Assembly (NCBI GenBank): GCA_963825865.1 | Contig: CAWGVG010000033.1 | Coordinates: 32,001 to 96,000 of the forward strand | Source: an uncultured Nitrososphaeraceae archaeon | Lineage (GTDB): Archaea > Thermoproteota > Nitrososphaeria > Nitrososphaerales > Nitrososphaeraceae | Direction of reading: 5' to 3' | Length of the DNA: 64,000 nt | In this document: positions 25,264 to 36,696 of the stretch, piece after piece | How the letters are laid out: every line of letters begins with the position of its first letter | How positions within the stretch are numbered: position 1 is the first letter of the stretch | The notes under the pieces: generated by a model | Database searches by the model: none | Told to the model about the DNA's origin: nothing | Seen by the model: only the letters and a program-made list of their open reading frames with translations | Translations under genes and position numbers: made by a program

Positions 25264-25929
25264 GTGAAGATAAATCATTGTACATTTCCAGAAGGACTGT
25301 TTTATGATATCGAGAACTTTGTATGGATAAATATCGATACTGATAAACTAGTAACTGTTGGAATTACTTCTGTATTAGCGTCTATTGCTGGAAAGCTATC
25401 TACCATCAAATTGAAACAAATTGGCACAAAAATGGAAAAAGGAAGAAGCATCGGGACAATAGAAAGTATCAAGTATTTTGGGGTAGTGCGAACTCCTGTA
25501 AGCGGTAGGCTTGTAGAAATCAATGAGTCCATAATTAATCGACCCAAGATAGCAAATGATTTTCCATACACAGAAGGTTGGTTTGCCAAGATAGAGTGTT
25601 CTAACCTCCCAGAAGATCTTAAAACTCTGGAAACCATTGAGAATTCTCAAAAGAAAATAAATTCTCTAATTGAAAAACTACATATCAGATGCTTTATAGC
25701 ATTCCCAGACTATCAGATGTTTGAGATAGGAGTTGAATGCGCTGCTACTCTTACAAAGCTGGACGAACTAGTGAAAGAAATAGCCATCGGCGAAGTAGTA
25801 CACCTAGTGTCCGACAATCCAACAGCAGATCTGGAAATCATAAGATGGTCAGAACAAAACAAACAGTCTCTCTTAGAGATGAGAAGTGAGGCAAACCTTT
25901 TTCATTTTATACTAAAGAAGATAAAATAA
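25264..25929 (+). CDS. GcvH/LbpA-like lipoyl-domain protein fused to TusA/SirA-like domain
   Basis: GTIESIKY lipoyl Lys, PVSG..EINE, PYTEGWF; C-terminal GVECAATL..LVSDNPTA..IIRW. Confidence 0.85.
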   Translation: MKINHCTFPEGLFYDIENFVWINIDTDKLVTVGITSVLASIAGKLSTIKLKQIGTKMEKGRSIGTIESIKYFGVVRTPVSGRLVEINESIINRPKIANDFPYTEGWFAKIECSNLPEDLKTLETIENSQKKINSLIEKLHIRCFIAFPDYQMFEIGVECAATLTKLDELVKEIAIGEVVHLVSDNPTADLEIIRWSEQNKQSLLEMRSEANLFHFILKKIK

Positions 25930-26184
25930 AAATTGCGCAGCTATTCTTGATGTATTGCACTTTTCTATCGAATTAGCAACCATATTTCTTCATTCAGTCC
26001 ATGACCAGTCATAATTCTTCACATTAGGATAGCCTAGCAAATATTTCAGAACGAACTATGTATAGGACACCATTCTCCTATCCTGGTAACTATTTATTGT
26101 TATAAACAACCTAAATCTAAGTGCATGTTATTATAGATAAGCAAAAAAAAGATATTGTTGAGTTGCCTAATTTGATTGTAGTCT

Positions 26185-27051
26185 TTATTCATTCAAAAGA
26201 TCTCTAGATCCTACCTCATTTTTCAAACCATAATAGCCAGCCAACCTATCCATATCTTTATTACTTATCTTACACTTATCATGTGCCAATTTCAAACAGT
26301 AAGGATACCCCGAAATACTATGAAAAGATAACCTATCTAATATTGTTTCAATTTCAGACTCACTGATGTTACCAATTGCAGTACCTGATATTTCAACCTT
26401 GATTATAGGTGTACATTCTTTTAACCTCGCGTATATTTCAATAACTTCGCAGTGTTGGATATACTGTTTATTTTCGAATGGAATACTAAACCCTGCAGAT
26501 TTCCCTATCTGATTAAAGTAGTAAATATCGGCAGCCTTCGCACCTAATGATCCAAACTGTGTTCTTGTATCTGAATTCTTTGATATGAATAGCACTTTCG
26601 GATACTTCTTAAGGATATCACTAATTTCCGATACATCACAAGGCTTATTTCTAACGAATCTCGAGATAAGAGACCCGTCAATAGAAATAATATCCACCTT
26701 TTCATTTTCGTCTTCTATTACGCGTTTTGCTACATTTAATTCCATTAAATTGGCTTTGGATTCTAAGGATTCACTTCTAACCGTATCTAGTCCATAATCC
26801 CATTCCCCATATTGAATTTCGCTTTTAGAATCGGCTGCAATTGCATCAACAATATAAAAATCAAGACCCTGAAAAGCCCTCTTGTTCCAACTGCTATCTA
26901 TTCCAACAGAAGTACAATGTTTTTGGTTTGGTTCATATTTAATCCAGCATGACGAGGCCGCATATATAACGTTCTGATAATTAACATCCTTGATTTGCGA
27001 TAATTTGATTTCTTTGCTACGTATGGCATCAATATATACGTCATGAAGCAT
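26185..27051 (-). CDS. nurA: NurA-family nuclease
   Basis: GIDSS, IDGSL, ISKNS, GYPYCLKLAHDKCKIS motifs. Confidence 0.88.
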   Translation of the reverse strand: MLHDVYIDAIRSKEIKLSQIKDVNYQNVIYAASSCWIKYEPNQKHCTSVGIDSSWNKRAFQGLDFYIVDAIAADSKSEIQYGEWDYGLDTVRSESLESKANLMELNVAKRVIEDENEKVDIISIDGSLISRFVRNKPCDVSEISDILKKYPKVLFISKNSDTRTQFGSLGAKAADIYYFNQIGKSAGFSIPFENKQYIQHCEVIEIYARLKECTPIIKVEISGTAIGNISESEIETILDRLSFHSISGYPYCLKLAHDKCKISNKDMDRLAGYYGLKNEVGSRDLLNE

Positions 27052-27301
27052 TCATCTCGTAAATAGATACTGACTAAAAAGAGTAATCATGCTTTCTTAG
27101 TATCTAAAAATTAAGTTATAGAATCCCTTCTTTAACCTATGCTGTCTACAGCAAAAGACGGTATTTCTGAAATTACACAGATAACCTATTGTCGATGTAG
27201 AGACGCGCATCTACAGGCATTTGCTGATCATCCTCATGCCTACTGCTCACCTTCAGATATGGGTGATGATGCGAACATTATTCACAATGGCATAAACTGC
27301 A

Positions 27302-28256
27302 TCACCGCTCCTTACTATTCGCCGATCCTGCACCTTTCGTGTCTATTTCTAAATGGTATATTCCCATTATTTGTCTGATTGCTTTAACATATTTACTTGG
27401 ATGGTAGTAGACATCCATTACCATATCCTTTAGCATTTGTGAGTTTATTGTTCGAATTAAATTACTATTACTGCCAATACTAGAACCAAGATCTCTGTTG
27501 GCATCAACTAACTCGCTTTCAGTAACTATCCATGTGCTTTGTTCTTCTTTTCGCTTCCAAAATTTCTCACGTTCTAGATCATCTTTTTCCTTTTTTAATT
27601 TTTCTAATTCCTCTTTTAGTTGCAGGTTTTTATCGAACAATGGCCTGCTATTTTTAAATTCTTGCAGTAAATTTAGCGTTGCATCATAATTTTTCAACGC
27701 ATTTTGCTTGTCAACCTTTATCTGGTTTATTTCGCTTAGCAGATTATGTGCATTCTCTTCTAATTGTTTAATATAACTAGGCAACTCGTCAAGAGTAACA
27801 TCCAGTTTTTCCGCTGCCGCAATATATTTCCCTAACATGGTCGAAAAAATCCTTTACTGATAGGTTCTGTTTGAAACAAAAAACCTCCAGGCTTATTATT
27901 AGAGATTCGATTATTCTTTCTGTTTTATCATCGAATCCTTCGACTTCTTCTCCTTTTCTAATATCTAGCAACCATTCTTTTTCTTCAAGTACTTTTCTTA
28001 GTCTAACCAAAGGTGCAAATGTTTCTATATTCAACGCATTCTTTTTGAGGTTTACGGCGACTTCTCTCAATAGATCAATTTCAGGATCTTTTTTCCTACT
28101 TTCCTTAATTATATTACTTACAGTACCGGCCCCTATATGTGATTCACTTGCAACTTGATCTCTGGATTTGCCTTGAAGCCATTTTTTAATAACCTCAACT
28201 TTTATAGGGCTTGGTATTCTGGCACCCCTTTCGATGGGTATTAGCATAATTGCCAA
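27302..28256 (-). CDS. HTH plus coiled-coil hypothetical protein (frameshift near 27815)
   Basis: WLQGKSRDQVASESHIGAGTVSNII HTH; long coiled-coil downstream. Confidence 0.7.
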
Positions 28257-28451
28257 TAAAAAACAATATACGAGTTACAAAATTCATTCATTCAGCAAGA
28301 TGGTAAGATTGCTATACTGAGCCTAAAACGCATTTGACGGGCATTTGACGATATGAGTTGCAAGTTTCAGTCGTTATGGTTTCATCCTTGTTTCGTTGAT
28401 TGTACAACAATTTGGAATAGTCGGGCTTCATCTCGATTCGAAATTACAAAT

Positions 28452-29669
28452 TTACAAGACACTTGTAAGGGAAGGCATAACTCTACGGATAAGTCTATCG
28501 CCGACTACAATTCCCAGTATCCCCATTGTCATGGCTGGGATAACTACTAAAGGATATACGTATTTAATCATTCCAAAATAAATAGACACAGTAAGACTCG
28601 GCCAAACGGGCTGCTTTGTAAGCAACTCATTATAGGTATAAGTTATTAAGGGATACTGGAGCATGAAGAATGGTGCCCCTAAGAGTGCACCTGCAATAAA
28701 GACGTAGTATAATTTCTTAGTCGAAATTGACAGAATAACATCAGCTACTATCATTGGGATTATGTTAATTATGTAAAAGGGAAGAGTTGGCAGTAATGAT
28801 TCGTTTGGCATTATGACGGTCAATACGTTGATTATAAGGTACACCCCACCTGTTATCGAGACAATGCCAAATCTTCTTGTTAATCCAAACGACGAAAACA
28901 GAATAATGGATATCACAAACGGATAGCCCATAGTAGCAAAAATCACAGCTAAAGATGGCTCTGGATTAAAGGCGAAATATTTAGTATTCGAAAATGGCAA
29001 CGTAAACATGCCTACTATTCCAGAAGCTACTAACCATATTGGAAGCATTCCAATGATAGTTAAAAGCGTAGATCTAGAGTAATAATTGGACTTATTCAGT
29101 CCGGTCATAACAGAGGGAGGCTTATCTTTAATATTACTAATGTTATTTTTGTCATTATTCCTGCATTTTATTGTTCCCAGCATGGCACCAACGCTGCTCA
29201 TCGTCATTCCCATTAGCAAAACAAAGTGAGGAGGACTCAATAAGCCATCCAGACCAAATGCAGAGTGCCATGCAAAATCTACAGGTCCAGCGACTAACAG
29301 CGTCAAAATTCCAGCGAACACTAACTCGACAGGTCTATGTAGTTCTGGGTAATAATTAGCAGAACAGCGCCAACCATGGAACATAATTGCAGACCCCAGT
29401 AGCGCCAAAGCTATTCCTGTATACAATACAGCGTGTGGAGGTGCAAAAAAGGTTTCTGGTTTATTTAATAGGTGATTTGTAACGTCCCAACTACCTCCGC
29501 TAGCAGATAATAAGATTCCCAAACTTACTAAGACGCAACCCATGACAAATCTTGATTTGTAATCTGCCTGTAAGTAAGATGGTGCCAGTATAACATCGAC
29601 AGTATCATCTTCTTTGTTTTTGCTATTGGTGATTTCCACTAGTCTTTTAATAAAGTTCAATGCAATCAT
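28452..29669 (-). CDS. multi-pass membrane protein with two D-xxx-H..PPH motifs
   Basis: WDVTNH..FFAPPH and VDFAWH..LLSPPH; about 9-10 TM segments. Confidence 0.8.
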   Translation of the reverse strand: MIALNFIKRLVEITNSKNKEDDTVDVILAPSYLQADYKSRFVMGCVLVSLGILLSASGGSWDVTNHLLNKPETFFAPPHAVLYTGIALALLGSAIMFHGWRCSANYYPELHRPVELVFAGILTLLVAGPVDFAWHSAFGLDGLLSPPHFVLLMGMTMSSVGAMLGTIKCRNNDKNNISNIKDKPPSVMTGLNKSNYYSRSTLLTIIGMLPIWLVASGIVGMFTLPFSNTKYFAFNPEPSLAVIFATMGYPFVISIILFSSFGLTRRFGIVSITGGVYLIINVLTVIMPNESLLPTLPFYIINIIPMIVADVILSISTKKLYYVFIAGALLGAPFFMLQYPLITYTYNELLTKQPVWPSLTVSIYFGMIKYVYPLVVIPAMTMGILGIVVGDRLIRRVMPSLTSVL

Positions 29670-30102
29670 CAGCCTTATCTGCTGTCTTAGGTATCATATC
29701 TACAATAATAATGACGTCTTTTTTAATCTTATCATTAAATCTTTGAATAGGTTAACATTGCCACTAATGCAAGCAAATTATAGTGATTAATAGATGATTT
29801 CCTTATTTTGTTGAATAGGGAAAAGAGGCAAATAGAAGTTTAAGAACAATAGACAACCTTAAGAGAAAGATGGATTCTTTACATCAATCATCATAACACG
29901 GGCGCTAAACTTAATAGATAAACATTAACAGTTGCAACTTCATATCGCATTTAAATTATAGTGAAAATTGTCTTGTCTACGAGGATTTGACTGATAGCCG
30001 TTGGCAAGATGAATAATAGTCATAATTTATTTCTACGTTAATTAAAAGTTATGGTGAGCAAGGTAACAAAAAATGGAAGATATAGTTTGAACGAAGCTTA
30101 TT

Positions 30103-30795
30103 CTACAGGATTATCACTTCGAATGGTCGTTTCTCTTTTAAGTATATTGACTGTCGTAAATAAGCATCGGTTACATTGATAGAATAAACATTCACAAATT
30201 CTCCTTGCTGATCTTTAATGCCTTCGCGTGGATAGTGCGATAATTGATTAGAGTAGGGCAAGGCAATAGTCTTTACAAATATGACGAATCTTCCTATCGT
30301 GTATGGTCTTACCTGGATCACGATATGATGAGTATCATGAGAATGCCAAGGTCTGTTATATGCCTCAATCAAAGGATATTTCGATCTAATAGGAATTTCA
30401 TTTTCCAAATATCCTGATCCTGATTCATCACCTTTTTTCACAATTATGGGCCTTTGATTAAAGTCAGATTCTTTTACCTGTGCAAAGCTATCTGTACTGG
30501 TAAGGTTTGGAAAAGCCACAGAGATAATCTGGAGGTCTGCAGAATTACCTTGATTGGATCCGATTAAAGATATTTCGAAGGGATTGCCAACTGGAACTTG
30601 TAATGGGGATATGTGGACGTTGGTTAGAATAGGTAGTGGTTTTGATCTGGACATTGAAAGATAAATCCTTGGAAGTACATGAATCGACAATGAAAAATAA
30701 ATTGCCAGAGAAGTAGCAATGGCTCCAACCAAGATAATATTTCCTGTACGGCCACTAAAAAAACGGAGGTTATGTTTTATGTTCACATCTGTCAA
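30103..30795 (-). CDS. membrane-anchored hypothetical protein
   Basis: N-terminal TM, beta-rich extracellular domain. Confidence 0.65.
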   Translation of the reverse strand: MTDVNIKHNLRFFSGRTGNIILVGAIATSLAIYFSLSIHVLPRIYLSMSRSKPLPILTNVHISPLQVPVGNPFEISLIGSNQGNSADLQIISVAFPNLTSTDSFAQVKESDFNQRPIIVKKGDESGSGYLENEIPIRSKYPLIEAYNRPWHSHDTHHIVIQVRPYTIGRFVIFVKTIALPYSNQLSHYPREGIKDQQGEFVNVYSINVTDAYLRQSIYLKEKRPFEVIIL

Positions 30796-31437
30796 TATGT
30801 CTCATCTTTCAACTTATATTTGTTGGAGTAAGTGATGGTCAAGACTTGGTATGTGAATTGATATGATATCAAGTCTACTTCCGTTTGAACGATTTGATAA
30901 GATGGGTAGATTAACAATACTAAATGCAGTAGTTTGCAAGCCCAATTAACAATGAACGAAACATATCCTGATCTAGTTTTTTTATATCCATTCATTGTTA
31001 TAATGATCGTATCCATTGTTAGGTAAAAATCAAATGACCATTATCACGATTAGGGATCACGCGCTCCCTATACAACAATGGCAATAATTAACAGGTATAA
31101 ATATTATGATAACATTGACCATCAATAACTTGGCTATTTCGCTTGTAGGTGGCAGCTATACTAAATTCTACTACCAAATTTTGATTAAAATGTGGTCGTC
31201 TACATCAGGAATCTATATTTAATTAGATCACTTGTAATGGATGTCCGGAACGATATATCCACAGAGATGAAAATTTCCCGTCCTTCATAAAACCAAATAA
31301 GAGATCGTTATTCCTGTAGCAATCTAATTATATAAAAAAAATTAATAATAATTAAATAGATGATTTTAGACTAAGTATTATGAAAAACCTATTTAATTTG
31401 ATATATTGTGAGAATGTGACGGTGGTAATTTACTAGA

Positions 31438-31620
31438 ATGGCTGACGGTCATTGTGACTGTATGGACTGCAAAGAGCCGATAGTAGGATGGATTCCTTTA
31501 CAAGCAGACAACAACATGATATCCGGAAGGTTTGACCTCTGTGCAATGCATAAGGAGAAGTTTATACAGGAAGAATGGAGCAAGGGCGGTATGAGGGATA
31601 GTAGGATAGGTACAGAATAA
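31438..31620 (+). CDS. small Cys/His putative zinc-binding protein
   Basis: CDCMDC..LCAMH; AT-rich TATA-like sequence upstream. Confidence 0.5.
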   Translation: MADGHCDCMDCKEPIVGWIPLQADNNMISGRFDLCAMHKEKFIQEEWSKGGMRDSRIGTE

Positions 31621-31810
31621 CTAACAAATTTTTCAAAGTATATCAATGTGAAAAAGTATATCTGATTATGTATATAGCTGGTTCTACTTGGGATCAGATA
31701 AGAATATGTGTGTTAGATTTACCAGATTTCAGATTATGACAATAGGAAGATCTGCCTTCGTATTCACCAAACAATACGAATTTAACACCATTACGTTTTA
31801 GTAAGTAGTA

Positions 31811-32191
31811 TTGATAAATAATATTATCGCCATTGTCGCAATCTCATTTATAACCGTTGGCAGCATCTGGGCCATCGGTAATTTTATGATCCCGCATAAA
31901 GGATCAATGTTAAAGAATATCAAAGGAATTTTATTAGTTGCACAAAATAATGCTTTCAATGGAACTAATCCTGATATCTATGCAACGGTAAATATTCCAA
32001 AGAAGCTCGTCTTAGTCAATAACGATTTTGTAAGACACGATCTGATTGTGGATAAATTGAATATTAATACAGCTTACTTATCTACAGGACAGGACTTTAC
32101 AACCGCAATTGCTTCAAAAAGTCCTGGCACATTTGAATACTATTGCTCTTTACATCCAATAACAATGCGTGGTAAAATAATAGTCAAATAA
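31811..32191 (+). CDS. cupredoxin (type 1 copper) protein
   Basis: RHDL..PGTFEYYCSLHPITMRGKI: complete His, Cys, His, Met ligand set. Confidence 0.9.
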   Translation: MINNIIAIVAISFITVGSIWAIGNFMIPHKGSMLKNIKGILLVAQNNAFNGTNPDIYATVNIPKKLVLVNNDFVRHDLIVDKLNINTAYLSTGQDFTTAIASKSPGTFEYYCSLHPITMRGKIIVK

Positions 32192-32276
32192 CAGTGAAAC
32201 CATTTCACAACGCATTTATGATTATGATTATACCAAAATATCTATATGCACTTTAGCGACCAACGTTATTAGAATA

Positions 32277-33741
32277 TTGAAAAAAGAATTAACCTCTTTG
32301 CCTTCAGTTAAACAATTATCACATAAAATAAGGGCTGGGGTCATGTCCCCCGTAGATTTAGTCGAGGTCTGCTTAGAAAGAATCAAGAGATTTAATCCAT
32401 CATTAAATGCATTTATCACTGTCCTTGAAGAATCCTCATATAAGGATGCAGAAGCAGCAGAACAGCAGATCAAGCAAGGACTTGATCTAGGTCCGTTACA
32501 CGGCATCCCATTTTCAATTAAAGATATTTTCTATGTAAAAGGCGTTAGATGTACTGCAGGCTCAAAAATATTATCCGACTATACTCCTAACTTTGATGCA
32601 ACTGTTGTTAAAAAAATGAAGGCAGGTGGTGCTATTCTGATTGGTACAAACAATCTCAATGAATTCGCGTCTGGTATAACAGGCATAAACCCTTTTTATG
32701 GTTAATCTAAGAATCCGTGGAATACTTCCAGAATATCAGGAGGCTCAAGCGGCGGGTCGGCTGTAGCAGTTGCTACAGGTATGACTCCAATTTCTTTAGG
32801 CTCTGATACTGGAGGTTCGATTCGAGTGCCAGCATCGCTCTGCGGGCTGGTAGGCCTAAAACCCACCTATGGTAGAATTAGCAGACATGGTATGGTGCCT
32901 TTGGCACCATCTCTTGATCATATTGGATGCATTACAAGGAGTGCATGGGATGCAGCAGGCGGTATTAGAATATATTTCACTTCAGGATCCCATAGATGTA
33001 ATCTCAGAATACAAAAAAAAAGTGCCTCCTTATACAAAGCTTATTGGAGAATCGACGGTTGAGAAAATATCTGTAGGTATACCCAAGAGGTACTTTTTCG
33101 ATTATTTAGAACCAGAAGTAGAGCACGTGTTCTATAATTTTATAGATACTATAAAATTAATGGACATTCCTGTTTATGAAGAGATAAACCTTCACGATAC
33201 TGAAAAATACTATGTGTCTTGGAGAGACATTAGACTTGCAGAAGCAGCAGAAATTCATCTGGATTGGTTAAAGACTAGGCCAGAGGATTATGGTGAAGAC
33301 GTAAGAAAAATGCTCATACAAGGAACAGAAGTGCCTGCAGTCAACTACATAAATGCTCTAAAAAATATAAAGGAAATAAGAAATGAATTTCTGAAAATCT
33401 TAAAGAGGGTTGATGTTATTATTATACCAACAACCACTCTTACTGCTCCTTTATTTGATGAATCAATCGCTAGTAACACTACAGCCACTATATCCCAATC
33501 TACCAGCATCAATGACAAAGTTCTAGAAATCCGTGAAGCTTTACTTAGAAATAATATTGTATTTAATATTACAGGCCTACCTGCAGTTACCATTCCATCT
33601 GGATTAACTAGAAATCACATGCCAGTAGGAGTACAAATAGTGGGAAATTCATTTGAAGAAGAAAAGATTCTGTCAATAGCATATAATTATGAGTGCCTAA
33701 ACGATAGCCTGAGCAAATTTATACCTCCTATATGCCAATAA
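32277..33741 (+). CDS. amidase signature family protein (stop at 32703, frameshift near 32960)
   Basis: [47 protein letters not shown]. Confidence 0.9.
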
Positions 33742-34081
33742 TAGAAGGTATAATGATGAATACTTAACTGCCAAACCTTTGTAATGCGGTCTGTATTGGT
33801 TTGGAAATCTCTACTTTGGAAGAAAGCATTTAAAAATAATTGTTTAGTAAGGCTTAGAAACTGCTTCTGTTAGGCGTTGAAAATATTGTCAATAATTGCT
33901 TGCTCAATGCTTCGATTTTTTAGATATATCAATATGCACATGTGAAAAACTACAATTCTTACCTTGATTAACAATAATCATACTCTCAGTAACATATTGT
34001 ACAAAGGCTTATTGGTATCGGTGATTTAATGATATTAGCAATTTCGGGATCTTTTTTTTCTAGAATGTTTTTCTGAGCAGC

Positions 34082-34615
34082 ATGGATAATATAGCATGCC
34101 ACGTCATTAATTGTAAGATGGATATTGTCGATGCTCTGATCATATGGTTGCATCTGATTTGCGCTTCAATATGGGTCGGGGGATCAATTTTCCTTGGTTT
34201 AGTTCTTTCACCCATGCTCAAATCTGTTGCAAAAACAGCAGAAGAACGCCTTGCGCTTATGATCAAAATCGGTAGGAAATTTAATAGCATTGCAATGCCA
34301 TCTTTTGGAATATTAATTATAACAGGAATCTACAACTCACGTGCGTTCTTTGGAGAACCAAGTGCCCTTATTGGAACTAAATATGGTATAATCCTCCTAT
34401 TCAAAATCATCCTAGTGGTTGCAACCATTACAACTTATGCAATACACATTCGAGTCATCAATAGAGAAACAGAAAGGAAACTTGCAGTAGGTAATGCCGG
34501 GACTGTCTATATTCAATCCATTCGTTCCAAGATAATTTATCTTGGCAGGATTACGGTTATTCTTTCAGTAATAATACTGTTGCTTGCAGCATTACTTCAC
34601 AACGGTGGCTTATAA
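34082..34615 (+). CDS. CopD-like membrane protein
   Basis: WLHLICASIWVGG, ITGIYN, YGIILLFKI. Confidence 0.75.
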   Translation: MDNIACHVINCKMDIVDALIIWLHLICASIWVGGSIFLGLVLSPMLKSVAKTAEERLALMIKIGRKFNSIAMPSFGILIITGIYNSRAFFGEPSALIGTKYGIILLFKIILVVATITTYAIHIRVINRETERKLAVGNAGTVYIQSIRSKIIYLGRITVILSVIILLLAALLHNGGL

Positions 34616-34656
34616 CTAACATAATTTTAAATATGGTTTTTAACAGATTTCTGTAC

Positions 34657-34725
34657 TAGGTGATGAAACTAACCTGCGCCGATCGCTTATTCAGCGAGAT
34701 GAGGATATGCACCTCGTCTGAAAGA
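34657..34725 (+). ncRNA. probable box C/D guide sRNA
   Basis: C box GTGATGA 34660-66, D' CCGA 34679-82, C' GAGATGA 34696-702, D CTGA 34718-21; TATA-like TTTTAAATA about 25 bp upstream. Confidence 0.75.
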
Positions 34726-34786
34726 CATACATTCACACATACACACACATACATACAAATGTACAAATGTACAAATGTATACACAT
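34724..34786. repeat. CA-rich microsatellite and (TACAAATG)x3
   Basis: ACATACATTCACACATACACACACATACATACAAATGTACAAATGTACAAATGTATACAC. Confidence 0.8.
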
Positions 34787-34832
34787 AATTCATTCAGCGT
34801 GTTGTGAATGTACGTGCATACCAAAAAAGGCT

Positions 34833-35501
34833 TCACTGCTTCATTATAGACGATATGGCTTTAGAAATTTCAGAATTTCCCAGTAGTAACACTACAGAAT
34901 GGTCTTTCGTTTTCCTAGACGGATTTAATGCAATAATATTTAGTTGACCGTCAATCAAAAATTCTAATTGTGTTGAATGCCTTGTAACATTTACATTTCT
35001 GATTCCAAATTTTTTTTTAATTAGACTTTCGGGATTTCTTTGATCGAGCAGTGTTAGTTTATGCACTGCATCTATGAATGAATTGAGTAATATGAAGAGA
35101 GGCTCCGCATGTGGATATTTTTCTGTGACTACGCCCCATTTAACTCTATTTTCTGGTAATGAAGTCAAATTATCAAAACTTTTTACAAATTCTGCGAATA
35201 CAGATTCAACAGTAACATCAATTGCATGCTCGTTGAATCTAACAAATTGCGAGCTGACCTTTTGCTCTGTAAATTCTATTCCTCTGTATTTGATATACAT
35301 CATAGGTTGGCCGTATTTTACAATATATACTTCACAACCTGCTATTTGTTTAGCCAAACCTACAAAATAGTTTCTCGACAGTTTGCTCTTAAACGGAGAA
35401 TTCATCTTTGAAATTATCATGAATTTGATTAAATCATGGATAAATTCGTCTGCATATTTACGAAATTCTTTGAAATCATAACGTATCTCTTCTATTACCA
35501 A
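34833..35501 (-). CDS. hypothetical protein
   Basis: 222-aa ORF with normal composition. Confidence 0.65.
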   Translation of the reverse strand: MVIEEIRYDFKEFRKYADEFIHDLIKFMIISKMNSPFKSKLSRNYFVGLAKQIAGCEVYIVKYGQPMMYIKYRGIEFTEQKVSSQFVRFNEHAIDVTVESVFAEFVKSFDNLTSLPENRVKWGVVTEKYPHAEPLFILLNSFIDAVHKLTLLDQRNPESLIKKKFGIRNVNVTRHSTQLEFLIDGQLNIIALNPSRKTKDHSVVLLLGNSEISKAISSIMKQ

Positions 35502-35898
35502 ATGATTGTACTGTCCAATACATCCAACACATATATGAAAGACGTTCTATATTTTTGTCTGCTTAGTAAATATTAATTTAGCACAACGCATGGTTATTCG
35601 TTAAAAAGATAAACATCCTAGGTTTTCTGCCTATCGTCTTGAGATTTTACTAAATCTAATATACGATGTATGTCTTATATGAGCCTATCCTATCATCATT
35701 GAATGTTTTTCCTTCATTCCTTAGTTGAGGTTTTATTCCCTCAAAAGGCGTAAAGGAAAATGCAGTTTATTATAAATGAGAAGATATAAAAGTTCACTGA
35801 AAAGATGCGTGGCTGCAATTATTAATTTCGAACGTGAGGATCATTAGTTAAAATGAGTCAAAAATAAAATTATGCGATAAGAACGAAAAATTAACGTT

Positions 35899-36696
35899 CT
35901 ACTCCTTGATAAAATTTGTCACAGTTTTATTAAATAATAACGGTTTACTGATAAAAGGCACATGGCCACAATTCTCAATTAGAATTATTCTACAGTTTTT
36001 CATCCTTACGAAGAGCCCGATGTATTTTACAGGAATAATTTGATCATCCTTCCCCCAAATTAAGAGTGTATTTGCTTTGATTCTATCTAAACGCCTACTT
36101 AACCTTGGCGCATTAGCACTGCCTTTAAACGCAGAAATAAATGCCTCTTTGGCTCCAGGCATGGACAATCTATGATAAAATTCTTGTGCATAGGCATCTT
36201 TAACAATATTATTATTATCTATAGAAGAGAGGACCTTTTTCACCTCTTGTACAGATTTCGCTTTTATAATACCAATATATTTACGCAGATCATTTGTTCC
36301 TTTATATGATACAGACGGTGCACCTGCTGGGCTTATGAGAACAAGTTTAAAAACTAACACAGGATGGTTTATTGCAACTTCTGCTGCAATATGACCACCG
36401 AGAGAGCAGCCAACGATAGACAGCGAAGAACCTATTTTCAAACTCCTGATGAAATTTGCAATGAATTTTGTATAAAAATTGATAGTGTAATTTATTTTTG
36501 GCTTGTCGCTAAGACCAAAGCCAGGGAGGTCAACTACAATTACTCTAAGTTCTTCAGCTGAAATTGCACTTATATTATTAATCCAGCTTTCTATCGAACC
36601 CCCTAAACCATGAAGTAACAATACAGGGCTGCCTTTGGATTGAGTATCATGATAACGAACGCGAAGGTTATCTATATCCAAGTATTGGAAATCCAA
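35899..36696 (-). CDS. alpha/beta hydrolase
   Basis: LLHGLGG, DLPGFGLS, GCSLGG nucleophile, WGKDD, CGH. Confidence 0.92.
   Translation of the reverse strand: MDFQYLDIDNLRVRYHDTQSKGSPVLLLHGLGGSIESWINNISAISAEELRVIVVDLPGFGLSDKPKINYTINFYTKFIANFIRSLKIGSSLSIVGCSLGGHIAAEVAINHPVLVFKLVLISPAGAPSVSYKGTNDLRKYIGIIKAKSVQEVKKVLSSIDNNNIVKDAYAQEFYHRLSMPGAKEAFISAFKGSANAPRLSRRLDRIKANTLLIWGKDDQIIPVKYIGLFVRMKNCRIILIENCGHVPFISKPLLFNKTVTNFIKE

Noticed and set aside
28330-28350. GCATTTGACG direct repeat as an attachment site
   Set aside because: Only two adjacent 10-mers; no integrase or distant partner copy seen.
32277-33741. gatA assignment
   Set aside because: No gatB or gatC nearby; only general amidase signature motifs are supported.
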